Shown one piece after another: positions 36,834 to 47,038 of a stretch of 64,000 bases of DNA; position 1 is the first letter of the stretch; every line of letters begins with the position of its first letter. The translations under genes and the position numbers were made by a program. Below the pieces are notes generated by a model, which ran no database searches, was not told where the DNA came from, and saw only the letters and a list, made by a program, of their open reading frames with translations. Source of the stretch: a virus; the IMG/VR virus record IMGVR_UViG_3300048587_001155, positions 1 through 64,000 of that record; one strand, given 5' to 3'.

Positions 36834-37547
36834 TTAAACGCGAATTCCGGAGGCACCCGTCTGGCCCGCATTCGCGTTACTGGATCCCATCATCGCCGGA
36901 TTCTGCCGATTCTGATTGAACACCTGCTGCAAGAAGCCGAGGTAATTCGAGTCGAGTCCCGTGGGATTCTGCCCGCTCTGCGCTGACGGCACGAACGAGT
37001 AGAGACTCTTCTGAGATGGTCCCTCGATCGTCGGTGCCTGAATCGACTGGCCGGTCGGCGTTCTTCCCGCGGAGACGTTTGCCGCTTGACGTGATGCGTC
37101 GTGAAGTCCGCTCATCGCGCCGATCGGTCGACCGGCCCCATTCGCCGCAACGTCGTTCAAGGAACGATTAGTGTCCTGTTGCATGGGAGGCTGAACTCCC
37201 GGTCGAGCGAATCCTCCTCCTTGTGCCTGAGGCGCCGCTGCTGCTCGAGACGAGCTGACCAAGTCGTTAAGCTGCGATTGCAGTCCCTGCAGATAGGAAT
37301 AGGTCGGCGAATTCGGAGCGGGATTCTGCGACTGAAGCCGTCCGATCTCTGACGTGAGCTGATTGATCTGTTGAGCAGGTGTCGCGGCCGGAGCTCCCGT
37401 CCCCTGCGCCGCCGCTGGATTAGGTGCGACTCCGGCAGCGCTCGGAAATCCTCCTCCACCATAGCCACCCCCACCATAACCGCCCCCGCCATATCCTCCT
37501 CCACCGTAACCGCCGCCACCCACTCCACCGCCGCCGTATGCTGGCAT
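36834..37547 (-). CDS. Gly/Gln-rich putative internal virion protein
   Basis: (GGGGY)n N-terminus; AAGGAG RBS. Confidence 0.55.
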   Translation of the reverse strand: MPAYGGGGVGGGGYGGGGYGGGGYGGGGYGGGGFPSAAGVAPNPAAAQGTGAPAATPAQQINQLTSEIGRLQSQNPAPNSPTYSYLQGLQSQLNDLVSSSRAAAAPQAQGGGFARPGVQPPMQQDTNRSLNDVAANGAGRPIGAMSGLHDASRQAANVSAGRTPTGQSIQAPTIEGPSQKSLYSFVPSAQSGQNPTGLDSNYLGFLQQVFNQNRQNPAMMGSSNANAGQTGASGIRV

Positions 37548-37558
37548 GATTCGCTCCT

Positions 37559-39880
37559 TTAATCTCCCAAGGGATCATTTCGTTCCATGATGTAACCTCT
37601 AATCGCTCCATTGTGGTCGCGCCAGGCACTTTTAACCTCGCTGCCCGGACCGCGTATCTGGCCTCGTGCATCAGTAAGGGCGACTTTTCGGCCAATGTTG
37701 TGACCAGCTCCTTTCATAGCACGCTCGTAGGCTTTGAGGGCATTCATGAAATTCGCTTGCGCCGTCGAGTTGATGGGCATGGTAGCAGGCAATGGGGGGC
37801 CGCCTTCTCCGCTTCCGGCTGTGTCTTGCTGCCAGCGAGCGGCTTTCAAGAAGCCTTCACTTGTCGTAGATTTACTTCCATAGTCGTTGTAAACCGTGCC
37901 ATTGTCAAAAGCATACATTGGGTGAGAGCCGTATTGCACGCCTCGGCCTTTTTGCCTAGTTCCGACACCGAGGAAGTTATTAACCTTCTGTGCTGAATTA
38001 GCCTTTTCAATGCCCGCTTTAACAAGATCCGCCTCGATACGAGGATCGATTTCGGGATTCGCTCTTTGCCCGCCTAGCCATCTACGGACGGTTTCCAAGA
38101 CGTTGGTGGTATCCCAATTACCAGGAGCAAGCCCGCCCATGTAGTGATCAAAAAGTGTTCGCAGAAACTTTCCAGAGGTCGCGCCGATGCTGACTCCCTT
38201 CGGGAATCCGCCTCGCGAAGTCAACGAGGAACTACCTGGGTCGCCATATAAGCCAGACGATCCGTAAGGGTCGTACGGCGAGACAAGGGTGTCTCGACCA
38301 TCCGCGTATCGTGCGATCCCTGCTAGCGTCTCTCCAAACTCCTTGCCGAATCGTCCTCCATCAGGATCTTCCGAGGGGATGGCAATGACGTCCTGATTGC
38401 TCGATTGATCTCTGCCGTCTAATCCCCTCTGAGCATTCACCCCTTGCTCGGCTTGCTTCAACAACTGACGAAGGGGATGATCGGACCCATTCGCGCCACC
38501 GCCAGGCTTGACTTTCCCTAGCTCATTGAAGTCGACCGGGCCTCTCCCCCCGAGTGCGTCGAAGTCTCCGTTCATCGGGACGCCCCACGGAGGATTCTTG
38601 GGAATGTCGTAAGACTCCCAAATGCTCGCTTCTCTTTCCTTGGCCCATTGCTGGTACTGCTGCCGGGCAAACTCCGGGTTATCCAGTTTGGCGAGTTCTT
38701 CTTTGAGCATTTGAGGAACGCCAGGAGCACGCCCGTCAAGATCGCCGAATCCTCCTCCCTTCTGTTGCTGCTGAACACGCATCTTGACCGCATCTTGGGC
38801 CATCTGCCTTTTCACTTCGGCATTGATGGCATTCGGAATATCCGGCTTCCCTTGTGGTTCAGCCGCCCAATTCCGTTGATGGATATTCATCTCATCGGCT
38901 TGGCCTGCCCTGCTTTGCTCTCGAAGTTCCGACGCGATATTGCGCGACGGTAGACCCTCGTTTCTAAGATTGCGAGACTGACCGAGTTGGAGTGTTGGTG
39001 TTGTGACGGGATTCAGAAACTTCTGCGCGTCAAAATGGCCGGTTTTGGGATCAATCGAGTCAACCCATAGCTCTTGAGAATACGGGGATTGATAGTTCAG
39101 GTTGCCCGTCTTATTTGGAGGCACGTCAGAGTAAGTCGGCTTTTCTTGAGTCTGTGTTCCAGTGAATCCTCGATTCCGCGCAGTCATATCGCGGTTCATC
39201 ACCGGGTACTTATTGCCACGCTGGGCAAAGGCTTCATCAAACGCATCTTGAGATCGATACGTGTTCTCGACCTGCTGCGCCCATCTCGGCTGACCGGACA
39301 ATGCTCGCTCGAGTTGATTGCTGGCCGATGCATTAGCGAGAGCCTCGGCGCGACTCAAGTACGGACTCACGTTCGACATGATACGTGCGCTGAGATCTTG
39401 CTGTGTCTGTCCCTTGAGTCCGAGGGGCATCATGGCGTTCGCGGCAGCACTACCCGCACCTTTACCGCCAATGGCCATCGCGTTCTGTGTGATGTTCATT
39501 CCATTGGTAGAGAATCCACCGGGGACGATATTGGTTCTGCCGGTATTCGCCACCTGATTCAAGAAGGCTTGCGATTGGTTCTGTTGATTCTCGAAGTTGT
39601 CACGATTTGACCAAGGATCTTGTCCTAACGCGCGAGCCAGCCCTCGGGCGAGATCAGTGTAACCGCGGCCGAATACGGCCTTTTGAACATCTTCAACACC
39701 GGCGGCTGCGATCGGTCCAGAAAAGTTACCGACGTTCACCGATCCTTGGCCGGTCGCTTGTGACGCTTTATTTTTTGCCGCCTGCCCCATCTTTGACGCA
39801 GCGCCTGCGGACGCGCCAGCCATGCCTATACCAGACTGGCTTGTCGCAAAACGGTCGTCATTCGGATTGCCACCCATCAT
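37559..39880 (-). CDS. Putative ejection protein
   Basis: 773 aa, G/Q/A-rich, downstream of the nozzle. Confidence 0.55.
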   Translation of the reverse strand: MMGGNPNDDRFATSQSGIGMAGASAGAASKMGQAAKNKASQATGQGSVNVGNFSGPIAAAGVEDVQKAVFGRGYTDLARGLARALGQDPWSNRDNFENQQNQSQAFLNQVANTGRTNIVPGGFSTNGMNITQNAMAIGGKGAGSAAANAMMPLGLKGQTQQDLSARIMSNVSPYLSRAEALANASASNQLERALSGQPRWAQQVENTYRSQDAFDEAFAQRGNKYPVMNRDMTARNRGFTGTQTQEKPTYSDVPPNKTGNLNYQSPYSQELWVDSIDPKTGHFDAQKFLNPVTTPTLQLGQSRNLRNEGLPSRNIASELREQSRAGQADEMNIHQRNWAAEPQGKPDIPNAINAEVKRQMAQDAVKMRVQQQQKGGGFGDLDGRAPGVPQMLKEELAKLDNPEFARQQYQQWAKEREASIWESYDIPKNPPWGVPMNGDFDALGGRGPVDFNELGKVKPGGGANGSDHPLRQLLKQAEQGVNAQRGLDGRDQSSNQDVIAIPSEDPDGGRFGKEFGETLAGIARYADGRDTLVSPYDPYGSSGLYGDPGSSSLTSRGGFPKGVSIGATSGKFLRTLFDHYMGGLAPGNWDTTNVLETVRRWLGGQRANPEIDPRIEADLVKAGIEKANSAQKVNNFLGVGTRQKGRGVQYGSHPMYAFDNGTVYNDYGSKSTTSEGFLKAARWQQDTAGSGEGGPPLPATMPINSTAQANFMNALKAYERAMKGAGHNIGRKVALTDARGQIRGPGSEVKSAWRDHNGAIRGYIMERNDPLGD

Positions 39881-39893
39881 GGTGCGTTAGTCC

Positions 39894-40577
39894 TTAGCTG
39901 AAGATCTGGCCGAGCGCATTGCTGAGGAGCTGCGACCGTGCTGCTTGATTCTGCTGGAACATGTTCAGCATCGCGGCCTGTGAAGAGATGAGGGCATTGA
40001 GGTAATCATTCTGAAGCTTGCCGGAAGCGATTTCTCCTTGCTGCTGAAAGTTGGCATTCCCTTGAGCCGCTTCCCATCGCGCCTGACGTTCCGCGGCCGA
40101 ATCCCCCGCCATCCTTGCATTGTCGATCGCGATCTGAGCGCCGAAGGTGATCGGGCTCCCTTGACCATAACCCTGCTGAGCCATGCGCTCCTGATACTTC
40201 CGAGTGTTCGTGTCGGCCTGCTGCGCGGAAGAGGCTTTCAGGTTGTTCACCTGATCCTGAATTTGTTGATCCGACCAGATCGGTCCCGAGGTTACTTTCG
40301 GGACTTGGAATCGTTGCTGGATTTGATCGGGAGAGAGCCCCATCTGACGAAGCTTGGCGCCGTAATCTTGATCCGGAAGGATCGAGCTTGCCCACTGATT
40401 CATCAGCCCGGAATTGAAATAGCCGCTCCCATTGTGGACGCCGAAGGTTCGAGCAAGAGCCCCTTGATTGCCCCCCTTGAGCTTCGCGTTCTCGTTCTGC
40501 GTCGACAGAACGCGCATTTCCGCTTCTGTCTTCATTTGGTCGGGAGTAGTAAACTTCATGAACTCGCCGAACGCCAT
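39894..40577 (-). CDS. Putative ejection/DNA-pilot protein
   Basis: Q/A-rich with ERMAQQGYGQGS, typical of pilot proteins. Confidence 0.55.
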   Translation of the reverse strand: MAFGEFMKFTTPDQMKTEAEMRVLSTQNENAKLKGGNQGALARTFGVHNGSGYFNSGLMNQWASSILPDQDYGAKLRQMGLSPDQIQQRFQVPKVTSGPIWSDQQIQDQVNNLKASSAQQADTNTRKYQERMAQQGYGQGSPITFGAQIAIDNARMAGDSAAERQARWEAAQGNANFQQQGEIASGKLQNDYLNALISSQAAMLNMFQQNQAARSQLLSNALGQIFS

Positions 40578-40591
40578 GAATCACCTCTCAA

Positions 40592-41254
40592 TTACGTGTC
40601 GACGTAACTACTGGCCGTCATCACTCCGGTGCAGGTGATATTCCCCGTTACCGTGATGTCACCAGTCATGGTTAACCCGCCGACGAGGGCGAGTGCCAGT
40701 CCACCCAACCCGTGAGCGATGCGAGCAGCCGTACCGCTGACGTTGTGAGCTACCTCGAACGAGTAGGTTCCGGCGGTTTGTTGGCTCATCAAATAGCCGT
40801 CGTAGCTGATGCAGGGACGTCCGGCCGTCTGTAGACAGAACCCGCTCGCTCCACCATGCAGAATTCGCATGGCGCTCGTGCTCAAACTGTGCTGCACGTC
40901 CACGGCATAACCGTTGTTCAGAGAGGCATTTTGGTTGCCGAGGAGGAGTCCGTGATAAAACGTCCCCTCTCGGCCGAACACTTTGAGGGCGAATCCCCCG
41001 GCCCCAGTGTGGGTAATGTCGAGCGCGTTCGCCGTCCCGGTAGCCGCGATGAAAAGGGTCGACGCGAAGGTATTCGGCTGGAGGAAGGTTTGCTCAGAAT
41101 CGAGACGGGCGAAGCTGGCACCGATCGTTTGTGTCCGGAAAAAGACGTCGAACAGACTGGCGATCTCCTTTGCCAGCATGTTGGCGCCGCCGGGATAGTC
41201 CCAGCTCTGACGGAGAAGCCGCTGTGTCTCCTGTTCCGGGACAAAGTCCGCCAC
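40592..41254 (-). CDS. Tail needle/fibre-like protein
   Basis: Beta-repeat segments and C-terminal TGDITVTGNITCTG. Confidence 0.5.
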   Translation of the reverse strand: MADFVPEQETQRLLRQSWDYPGGANMLAKEIASLFDVFFRTQTIGASFARLDSEQTFLQPNTFASTLFIAATGTANALDITHTGAGGFALKVFGREGTFYHGLLLGNQNASLNNGYAVDVQHSLSTSAMRILHGGASGFCLQTAGRPCISYDGYLMSQQTAGTYSFEVAHNVSGTAARIAHGLGGLALALVGGLTMTGDITVTGNITCTGVMTASSYVDT

Positions 41255-41266
41255 GTTTGATCTCGC

Positions 41267-43291
41267 TTACTGGCTGGCTCCGTTGACGTTGACCTCGAGG
41301 ATGCGAATCGTTTCCGCCGCTCGGATCCCGTCCAACTCCACCTGGATAAAACGAACGCCTTCCGTGCGCGTCCCTCTGGCGTTGTCGAACCGAAGATACT
41401 CGAAGCCTGCCTCGTTTGTGAGATCCACCACTTTTGACGTCACTTCATGCTCATTCGTTTGGCCAATGACATCGACGAATTCGACAGGCTGCTCGGAGAA
41501 GTCCTCGTACAACGAAACATTGACTTCTTCCTCCCGTGCCGTGGGACTGAACGTAAGGTCGACCGACCGATATTCCGAAGTCTCTCCATCCGTCCATCGA
41601 TATCGGCCGCTGATCCAATGCCAGCCGATCCCTCCGACAAGGAATTCGCTCGTCTGATCCGGAATGACGGTGAAGGGGCTTCGAAGATTGGCGGTCGTGC
41701 CGCTGGCAGACGCGATGATCGATCTCTGTCCTTTCCCTCGGCCACTCACGATTTCGATGGGGCAGCCATTCACGAGCGCGGGAAACGCATTATCGGCAAC
41801 GAGCTTGAAACGCGTGGCCGAGATCACCTTACCAGACGTGCCGAGTTGACCGACGATGCCATCAATCGCGGTATTCGAAACCCCCCAAACGATATTGTTC
41901 TTCGAGCCGAGATAGACTTGGGGAGCTCCCTTCGTGGCCTCAGATCCCGATAGCATCGGAACGGGATATTCCTCGACCCACCAACGTTTGAGACGGTACT
42001 GATAACAGATCGCATGACGAGGGTACGGACCGCCGGCCATCGTCACGAACCAACGAATCGTCCCCTGATCGGAATAGTGGCGAGCGTGCCAGAATCGAGT
42101 ATCCCGCCATTGGATGCGAAGTCCGCTCGATTGAGGACGAAACATCTCTTGAATCGGCTCGGAGATGGGATCGGACTTCTGACCCCCATCGAACGCGTGA
42201 ATGCCGTTCCGGTCGAGCATGTACATGATCGAGTCATCGACGACGACCCAGCAACGGTTGTTGACACAGCCGCGGTACGTCGCGATATACAACGCGCCGT
42301 TCGAAGGGTCATTCTGAAAGCTGAATCGATTGATAATCCGATCCTCGAGCACGTAGAGGAACGATCCCATCGAAGCGAGTCCGGTGATTTCACCCCCGGT
42401 GTCCGGTACCACGATGCCGTTAAAGATCGGCCACGCCTCGAGGTAATCCGCCTCGCTCCACTGGACGCCACGGAGATAGGCCGGAGCGGACTTGATGGCG
42501 TACGGCGCGAACGACAGATTCGATCCCGCCCAGTTCGCGGTAAGCACTAGGGCGCGAGGGTTCGACACGCTCTGAATCGTCGCGACAGGTTGACCAGGAA
42601 TGTAAATCTGACGCCCAGCCAATGAACTCGACCAATTCGTGCCGACTCCCTGCACGTTAGGTGAGCCGCTCGTCAGAACGAGATGACCAGCCGACACCGT
42701 CCGTTCCACCGCTCCGAACACCCGACCCAGATGCAGCGCCAGACACGCCTTATTCGATGGGGGAACAGTGAATCTGTTCCCGACGTTCTGATTGTCCCCG
42801 TCGACGATTGGCACGGCCGTCTGATTCGCGAGTGTCGAGTCCGCCACGTTATCGGTGTAAGTCGTCTGCGCCATGTTCGTCAGCTCGGCAACGACATAGA
42901 ACACCGTCGCTTGTCCTGACGTGTTCCGCAGTAATTGCTTTTTGACGACCTTCGGATCGGTCGGAACCGGGATTCCCGTCCAGTCGATTTGCTTCGCAGA
43001 GAGAGACGAAATCACATTCGATAGGGGAGAAAGGTTGCTGGGGTTCCCTTCGGCATCGAGGTAACGGACATACGCTGAGTAATTCGATCCGGAGATCAAG
43101 CCCGCCGCACCCGCCGCAATGGTCGGCGCGGATCCCGGAGGAGCGACGCCGGCCGTTACACCCGTGGTCGACGTTCCGTCCCACCGCTGCATGGGGTTGA
43201 TGCCGTTCGCAAGAAGCAACTTGTTATGGCCGGCGCGGACTATCGAATGGGGCTCATTCCCGATCAGCCCCGTGATGAGAGTGGTCGGCAT
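41267..43291 (-). CDS. Tail nozzle (tail tubular protein B-like), lacking the usual N-terminus
   Basis: Beta-rich; VQWSE...GGEITGL, RGCV, DRNGIHAFDGG...ISEPI propeller motifs; position after the adaptor. Confidence 0.7.
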   Translation of the reverse strand: MPTTLITGLIGNEPHSIVRAGHNKLLLANGINPMQRWDGTSTTGVTAGVAPPGSAPTIAAGAAGLISGSNYSAYVRYLDAEGNPSNLSPLSNVISSLSAKQIDWTGIPVPTDPKVVKKQLLRNTSGQATVFYVVAELTNMAQTTYTDNVADSTLANQTAVPIVDGDNQNVGNRFTVPPSNKACLALHLGRVFGAVERTVSAGHLVLTSGSPNVQGVGTNWSSSLAGRQIYIPGQPVATIQSVSNPRALVLTANWAGSNLSFAPYAIKSAPAYLRGVQWSEADYLEAWPIFNGIVVPDTGGEITGLASMGSFLYVLEDRIINRFSFQNDPSNGALYIATYRGCVNNRCWVVVDDSIMYMLDRNGIHAFDGGQKSDPISEPIQEMFRPQSSGLRIQWRDTRFWHARHYSDQGTIRWFVTMAGGPYPRHAICYQYRLKRWWVEEYPVPMLSGSEATKGAPQVYLGSKNNIVWGVSNTAIDGIVGQLGTSGKVISATRFKLVADNAFPALVNGCPIEIVSGRGKGQRSIIASASGTTANLRSPFTVIPDQTSEFLVGGIGWHWISGRYRWTDGETSEYRSVDLTFSPTAREEEVNVSLYEDFSEQPVEFVDVIGQTNEHEVTSKVVDLTNEAGFEYLRFDNARGTRTEGVRFIQVELDGIRAAETIRILEVNVNGASQ

Positions 43292-43300
43292 GATCTTCTC

Positions 43301-43723
43301 CTACGTCAAAGCGGGATTGCGGCCCTGCCAGATTTCACCGTTCTCATTCGAGTTCACGAGATAGGCCGCCTCGGGACGATTCCAGTAGTACTGCGAATGG
43401 ACGCCACCGCCGGATACGCCGCCGGGAATGAGGCGAAAAACTTGGACGTAGTCGCGGTAAAAGTTTGAACTCATCTTCGCCTGAGCCCACAGCGTGTAGC
43501 GGCCGGGCGTCGAGAAGAATGTCGTGATCCGAAGGGCTACCGCGAACGAACCGGTAATGTCGGTATCGAGGAGGGGAGCATTGTCGGAATAGATCAACTG
43601 GCCCGCCGGATTGAAGATCTTGTATCGCACCTGCTCGATAGGCATGGCGGGGACATCGTTCGCATCCATGAACACGAACCGGAAGGCAACGATATCTCCC
43701 TGCTGATAACGTCCACGAAACAT
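43301..43723 (-). CDS. Small virion structural protein (Ig-like)
   Basis: Beta-rich, TPGRYTLW. Confidence 0.5.
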   Translation of the reverse strand: MFRGRYQQGDIVAFRFVFMDANDVPAMPIEQVRYKIFNPAGQLIYSDNAPLLDTDITGSFAVALRITTFFSTPGRYTLWAQAKMSSNFYRDYVQVFRLIPGGVSGGGVHSQYYWNRPEAAYLVNSNENGEIWQGRNPALT

Positions 43724-43732
43724 CGTTGACCC

Positions 43733-44257
43733 TCACACCACGTTGAACGTGTCGATGCGGGCCTTCGCGGCAGACGACACGAGATAAGACGCATAGGCCG
43801 TATACACGATGCCAGCCTCGTAACCATTACCGGTCGTTGCGTCGATCTGGACCTTGTAGAAGCCTGATGTGTGCCATGAGCCCCCCGTGCCCGCTGCCCC
43901 GTTGTTACCCGTCAGATTGATCGTGAACGAGTTACCGTTGACGACCGAGACCACGTTGAAGCTTGAATTCACAGAGAGAGCATGGCCGACGACACCCGTG
44001 ATCGTGACCCGCTGTCCCGCTTGAAGCCCGTGCGCCGTCGATGTAACGACGCAGTTCGTTCCATTCGGATTGCTCACCGACGTGATGGCAACGGACTCGG
44101 CGAAGGTAGGGGTAAGGGGTCCCTGGACTAGCCCATTGCCGTCATAGACCTTGACGGACGGAGTCGCATCAGCATCGATCGGAGTTCCGTTGGCGTCGAC
44201 CACTTGAAAGAACGCATACAGCGTTTCGCTGAGCTGTACATCTCCGTAGTACGGCAT
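43733..44257 (-). CDS. Virion structural protein with inserted beta-barrel repeat
   Basis: VTSTAHGLQAGQRVTITGV motif common in tail proteins. Confidence 0.55.
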   Translation of the reverse strand: MPYYGDVQLSETLYAFFQVVDANGTPIDADATPSVKVYDGNGLVQGPLTPTFAESVAITSVSNPNGTNCVVTSTAHGLQAGQRVTITGVVGHALSVNSSFNVVSVVNGNSFTINLTGNNGAAGTGGSWHTSGFYKVQIDATTGNGYEAGIVYTAYASYLVSSAAKARIDTFNVV

Positions 44258-44266
44258 GGACCTCTC

Positions 44267-44452
44267 CTAGCTGATATCCGATTCGAAGATGACTTTGACA
44301 TATCCAGGACGGACTGTTATTTGGCCCGGATTCATGGACATGACATTGACCTGTTCGGTCGCAACGCCCGGCGGATTATCACACTGGTCGTTGTTGTTGG
44401 TCATTCCCGGGAAGTCCCGCATCTGGACCTGGGTTTTGGGTTGCTCCGACAA
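44267..44452 (-). CDS. Stand-alone nozzle N-terminus-like peptide
   Basis: DFPGM..N...PPG...QVN...PGQITVRPG resembles the N-terminal segment of podovirus nozzle proteins. Confidence 0.45.
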   Translation of the reverse strand: MSEQPKTQVQMRDFPGMTNNNDQCDNPPGVATEQVNVMSMNPGQITVRPGYVKVIFESDIS

Positions 44453-44621
44453 GTGCTTGCTCCACCGACATAAAGACGAGTGACGCCCCTTGAACGAAGG
44501 CTGTCATTTCCGCAACCGTCATCTGGGCAACCGATTGCTGGCCGACCGCCCGACGAACCAAAGCCAGAAACGACGGAATCTGATCCCTCGTCAGAATCAC
44601 CTTACCCTCGGGCTGTTCCAT
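44379..44621 (-). CDS. Small hypothetical protein
   Basis: AAGGA RBS; in the operon. Confidence 0.4.
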   Translation of the reverse strand: MEQPEGKVILTRDQIPSFLALVRRAVGQQSVAQMTVAEMTAFVQGASLVFMSVEQALVGATQNPGPDAGLPGNDQQQRPV

Positions 44622-44633
44622 TTCATGGTCCTT

Positions 44634-45782
44634 CTAACCGTCGAAAGCTGTCGAACCGATCTTCAGCCGGCGGAATCCGGTTTGACGGAATCCGACCTGC
44701 CGTTGTTGCTTACTCCTCGAGTCTGAGCTTTTCGCCCGTATGAGTTCGTTGCCATAGTCCTGATCGGCGAGTTGACGTGTCGGACCGTCCATCTTCCGGT
44801 CGATCGCCAACCGCCGGCAAATACCTCGGTGAATGAGACTCGTCATCGTCGTCTGCTCGATGTCGATCGGGTCCGAAATGCAAAGCGTCCGATTGGCGAC
44901 CGTCTCCGCGGCTAGCGTGTCCACCGTGAGCGTGAAAGCGTCGGCCACACTGATGATCTTCGCCTCGAAGACATTGGGATATTCCTCGCTCGTCGAACCC
45001 GCGAAGTTCTTACTGTCTTGGCCGATCCGAAGAATCGCCCCGACATGCTTCGATGAAAAGGCCGTTCCCGTCCCCGTGACCGTCGCGGATCCGGCCGTCA
45101 TCGCCACCGTCCCGGTCGTCTCCTTGTAGAGAGTCGGCTTCTTCGGAGATCGCTTGTAAAGGTAAGGGAACTCCTCCTCGGAATCAGGAACCGGAGCGAA
45201 GCGAATGGCCATGCGCCCTGGGGTATTGGGTGAACCGTAAATGGAGAAGCTATCAGGTGTGGCCGCCGATCGCCAAGTCTGACGAAGCTCGAAAAGAGCC
45301 TGCGGGGACTTCATCTCGAGCGGTTGCCACGTATCCAATCGAACGATGTTTTGCAGCACGGAGAAGTCGGACGGCAGATCATAAATGTCCTGATAGATAC
45401 CGAAGGCCGAGGGAGCGGAAATGTCCGCCGGTGGACCATCCTTCATGACGATTACGCTATTGGATGTACGAGACTCCACGTCGTACCAGCGGTCTCCGAT
45501 CAATACGACACCGTTCGCCGCCCATGTCGGCCACGTGCCCCCACTGAGCGTCATCGTCCGAGTCGATGCGACATAAGTGATCGTCCCCGTGTAATAAGGG
45601 GCCTTCGTCACAATCGTCGCGTCATTCTGAAGAAACGACCAATCATGCTCAGCGAGCGTCTCTCGCAGGACACTTTCAATCGCCAATTTGGTGAAGCGGA
45701 GGGCTTCCGCCGTGGCGCGATCGTAGGCCCCGAGATACTCGAGGCCGAAACGGACCAAATCCGCATAGGTCAACCATGCCAC
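44634..45782 (-). CDS. Head-tail adaptor (tail tubular protein A-like) with inserted beta domains
   Basis: LTYADL, EHDWSFL, YDLPSDF, IRFAPVPD adaptor motifs. Confidence 0.7.
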   Translation of the reverse strand: MAWLTYADLVRFGLEYLGAYDRATAEALRFTKLAIESVLRETLAEHDWSFLQNDATIVTKAPYYTGTITYVASTRTMTLSGGTWPTWAANGVVLIGDRWYDVESRTSNSVIVMKDGPPADISAPSAFGIYQDIYDLPSDFSVLQNIVRLDTWQPLEMKSPQALFELRQTWRSAATPDSFSIYGSPNTPGRMAIRFAPVPDSEEEFPYLYKRSPKKPTLYKETTGTVAMTAGSATVTGTGTAFSSKHVGAILRIGQDSKNFAGSTSEEYPNVFEAKIISVADAFTLTVDTLAAETVANRTLCISDPIDIEQTTMTSLIHRGICRRLAIDRKMDGPTRQLADQDYGNELIRAKSSDSRSKQQRQVGFRQTGFRRLKIGSTAFDG

Positions 45783-45794
45783 GGCAGGAACTCC

Positions 45795-46592
45795 TTACTT
45801 GGTGCGAAGGATCAGCAATTGCTCATTCGGCCGATCGACCGCCTTCATGTATTGCTTGGCCACGTCGCTCACCGTGAGGTTCATCGGCTTGACGACCGCC
45901 GCTTCCTTGTAATGAACCGCCCATGAATCCCACGTGCAGAAACAGGGGCATCCGATCAAGGACGCGTTTCGGCTGAACACGACATCCTCGGTCGACGCTT
46001 TGTGTGTCTCGAACTTATCGGTCCATTCGTAGCTGAACCACGGCGGAGGAAGCTGGACGGGTTGCCCTTGGGGATTCTGGAAACCGGTGAAAAGCCGCAT
46101 GTCGATGGCCATGAGACCAGTCGGAAGCGCGGCTACCTCTTCAATCCCTGCGCGTCTCGCCGCGTCCAGCCGATCGAACATCGTGAGATGGAAATCTTCT
46201 CCGCAGTGCATTCCTGGATTCTGCCGATTCTTCCACGCGAAGACATAGACGCAGCTTTCGGGGGGAGGTCCGCAATAAGGTGCGGCGATGATGGCGGGGC
46301 TCGATCGACGGAATAGGAAATCCATCGCCTCGTTCCAGAACGGTTTCTGCCCGGGCATGATCCCCATGTCGGAATCGATCATGAACAGGTAATCGACACC
46401 TAGTCCGATCGCGTCCTTGATCGCCCGATTTCGGCTCATCGTGATCGGCGTATCGGCCATCTTCCAAAAAAGGGTTTCACCGATCCTCGGGTCCCGCTCC
46501 GCCCGCCGAACGAGATCCAAGTAAAGGTCCGTGCTTTCCGGATGCTCTTGGTTGTTGCCGGGAAACCGGCAGATCATCACTTTTGCTTTCAT
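45795..46592 (-). CDS. GT-A fold glycosyltransferase-like protein
   Basis: ITMSRNRAI, YLFMIDSDM (DxD), PTGLMAID, EDVVFSR. Confidence 0.7.
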   Translation of the reverse strand: MKAKVMICRFPGNNQEHPESTDLYLDLVRRAERDPRIGETLFWKMADTPITMSRNRAIKDAIGLGVDYLFMIDSDMGIMPGQKPFWNEAMDFLFRRSSPAIIAAPYCGPPPESCVYVFAWKNRQNPGMHCGEDFHLTMFDRLDAARRAGIEEVAALPTGLMAIDMRLFTGFQNPQGQPVQLPPPWFSYEWTDKFETHKASTEDVVFSRNASLIGCPCFCTWDSWAVHYKEAAVVKPMNLTVSDVAKQYMKAVDRPNEQLLILRTK

Positions 46593-46666
46593 TGCTGCCC
46601 TTTACACGAGAGGGAACTTGATCCGCCGCATCCTGACGGATCAAGCAAACGTTCCGCAAGCGGGCG

Positions 46667-46960
46667 TTACGAACTGAGCTCGGTGTAAATATCGTTCGCC
46701 GCCCTGATATCGCACAGTGCGACCGTCAACCGATGCTTGAGATAACCGAGCACCGTGATTCCGAGCCCAAGGCCGACGATCGTGCAGAAATCACTCGCCG
46801 CCTTCCGATCCCCGAAGAAGTTCTCGATGACTTTCTGTGTTCTCAAAGAGAGCGTCGCCGGCGAGTCGATCTTGTCCGCCAGCTCCTTTCCCGCCGCGTT
46901 ATCCCCCAATGCGATCGTGATGACCTGACGCGTTCTAGTGGATAGTGCCATGATCCTCAT
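46667..46960 (-). CDS. Small hypothetical protein with internal repeat
   Basis: LSTRTRQVI...GD / LSLRTQKVI...GD. Confidence 0.5.
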   Translation of the reverse strand: MRIMALSTRTRQVITIALGDNAAGKELADKIDSPATLSLRTQKVIENFFGDRKAASDFCTIVGLGLGITVLGYLKHRLTVALCDIRAANDIYTELSS

Positions 46961-46965
46961 CTCCT

Positions 46966-47006
46966 AAAGAGAAAGCCCGTCACTCCCGAGGGAGAGACAG
47001 GCTTTG
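46966..47006 (-). terminator. Intrinsic terminator after the head genes
   Basis: Minus strand AAAGCCTGTCTCTCCC-TC-GGGAGTGACGGGCTTT followed by CTCTTT. Confidence 0.55.
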
Positions 47007-47038
47007 ATTCATTCCTCGGTATCCTGATCACACCACGA

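Noticed and set aside
37420-37695. ORF with WRR repeats resembling an antimicrobial peptide
   Set aside because: An alternate-frame reading of the (GGGGY)n repeat in 36834..37547.
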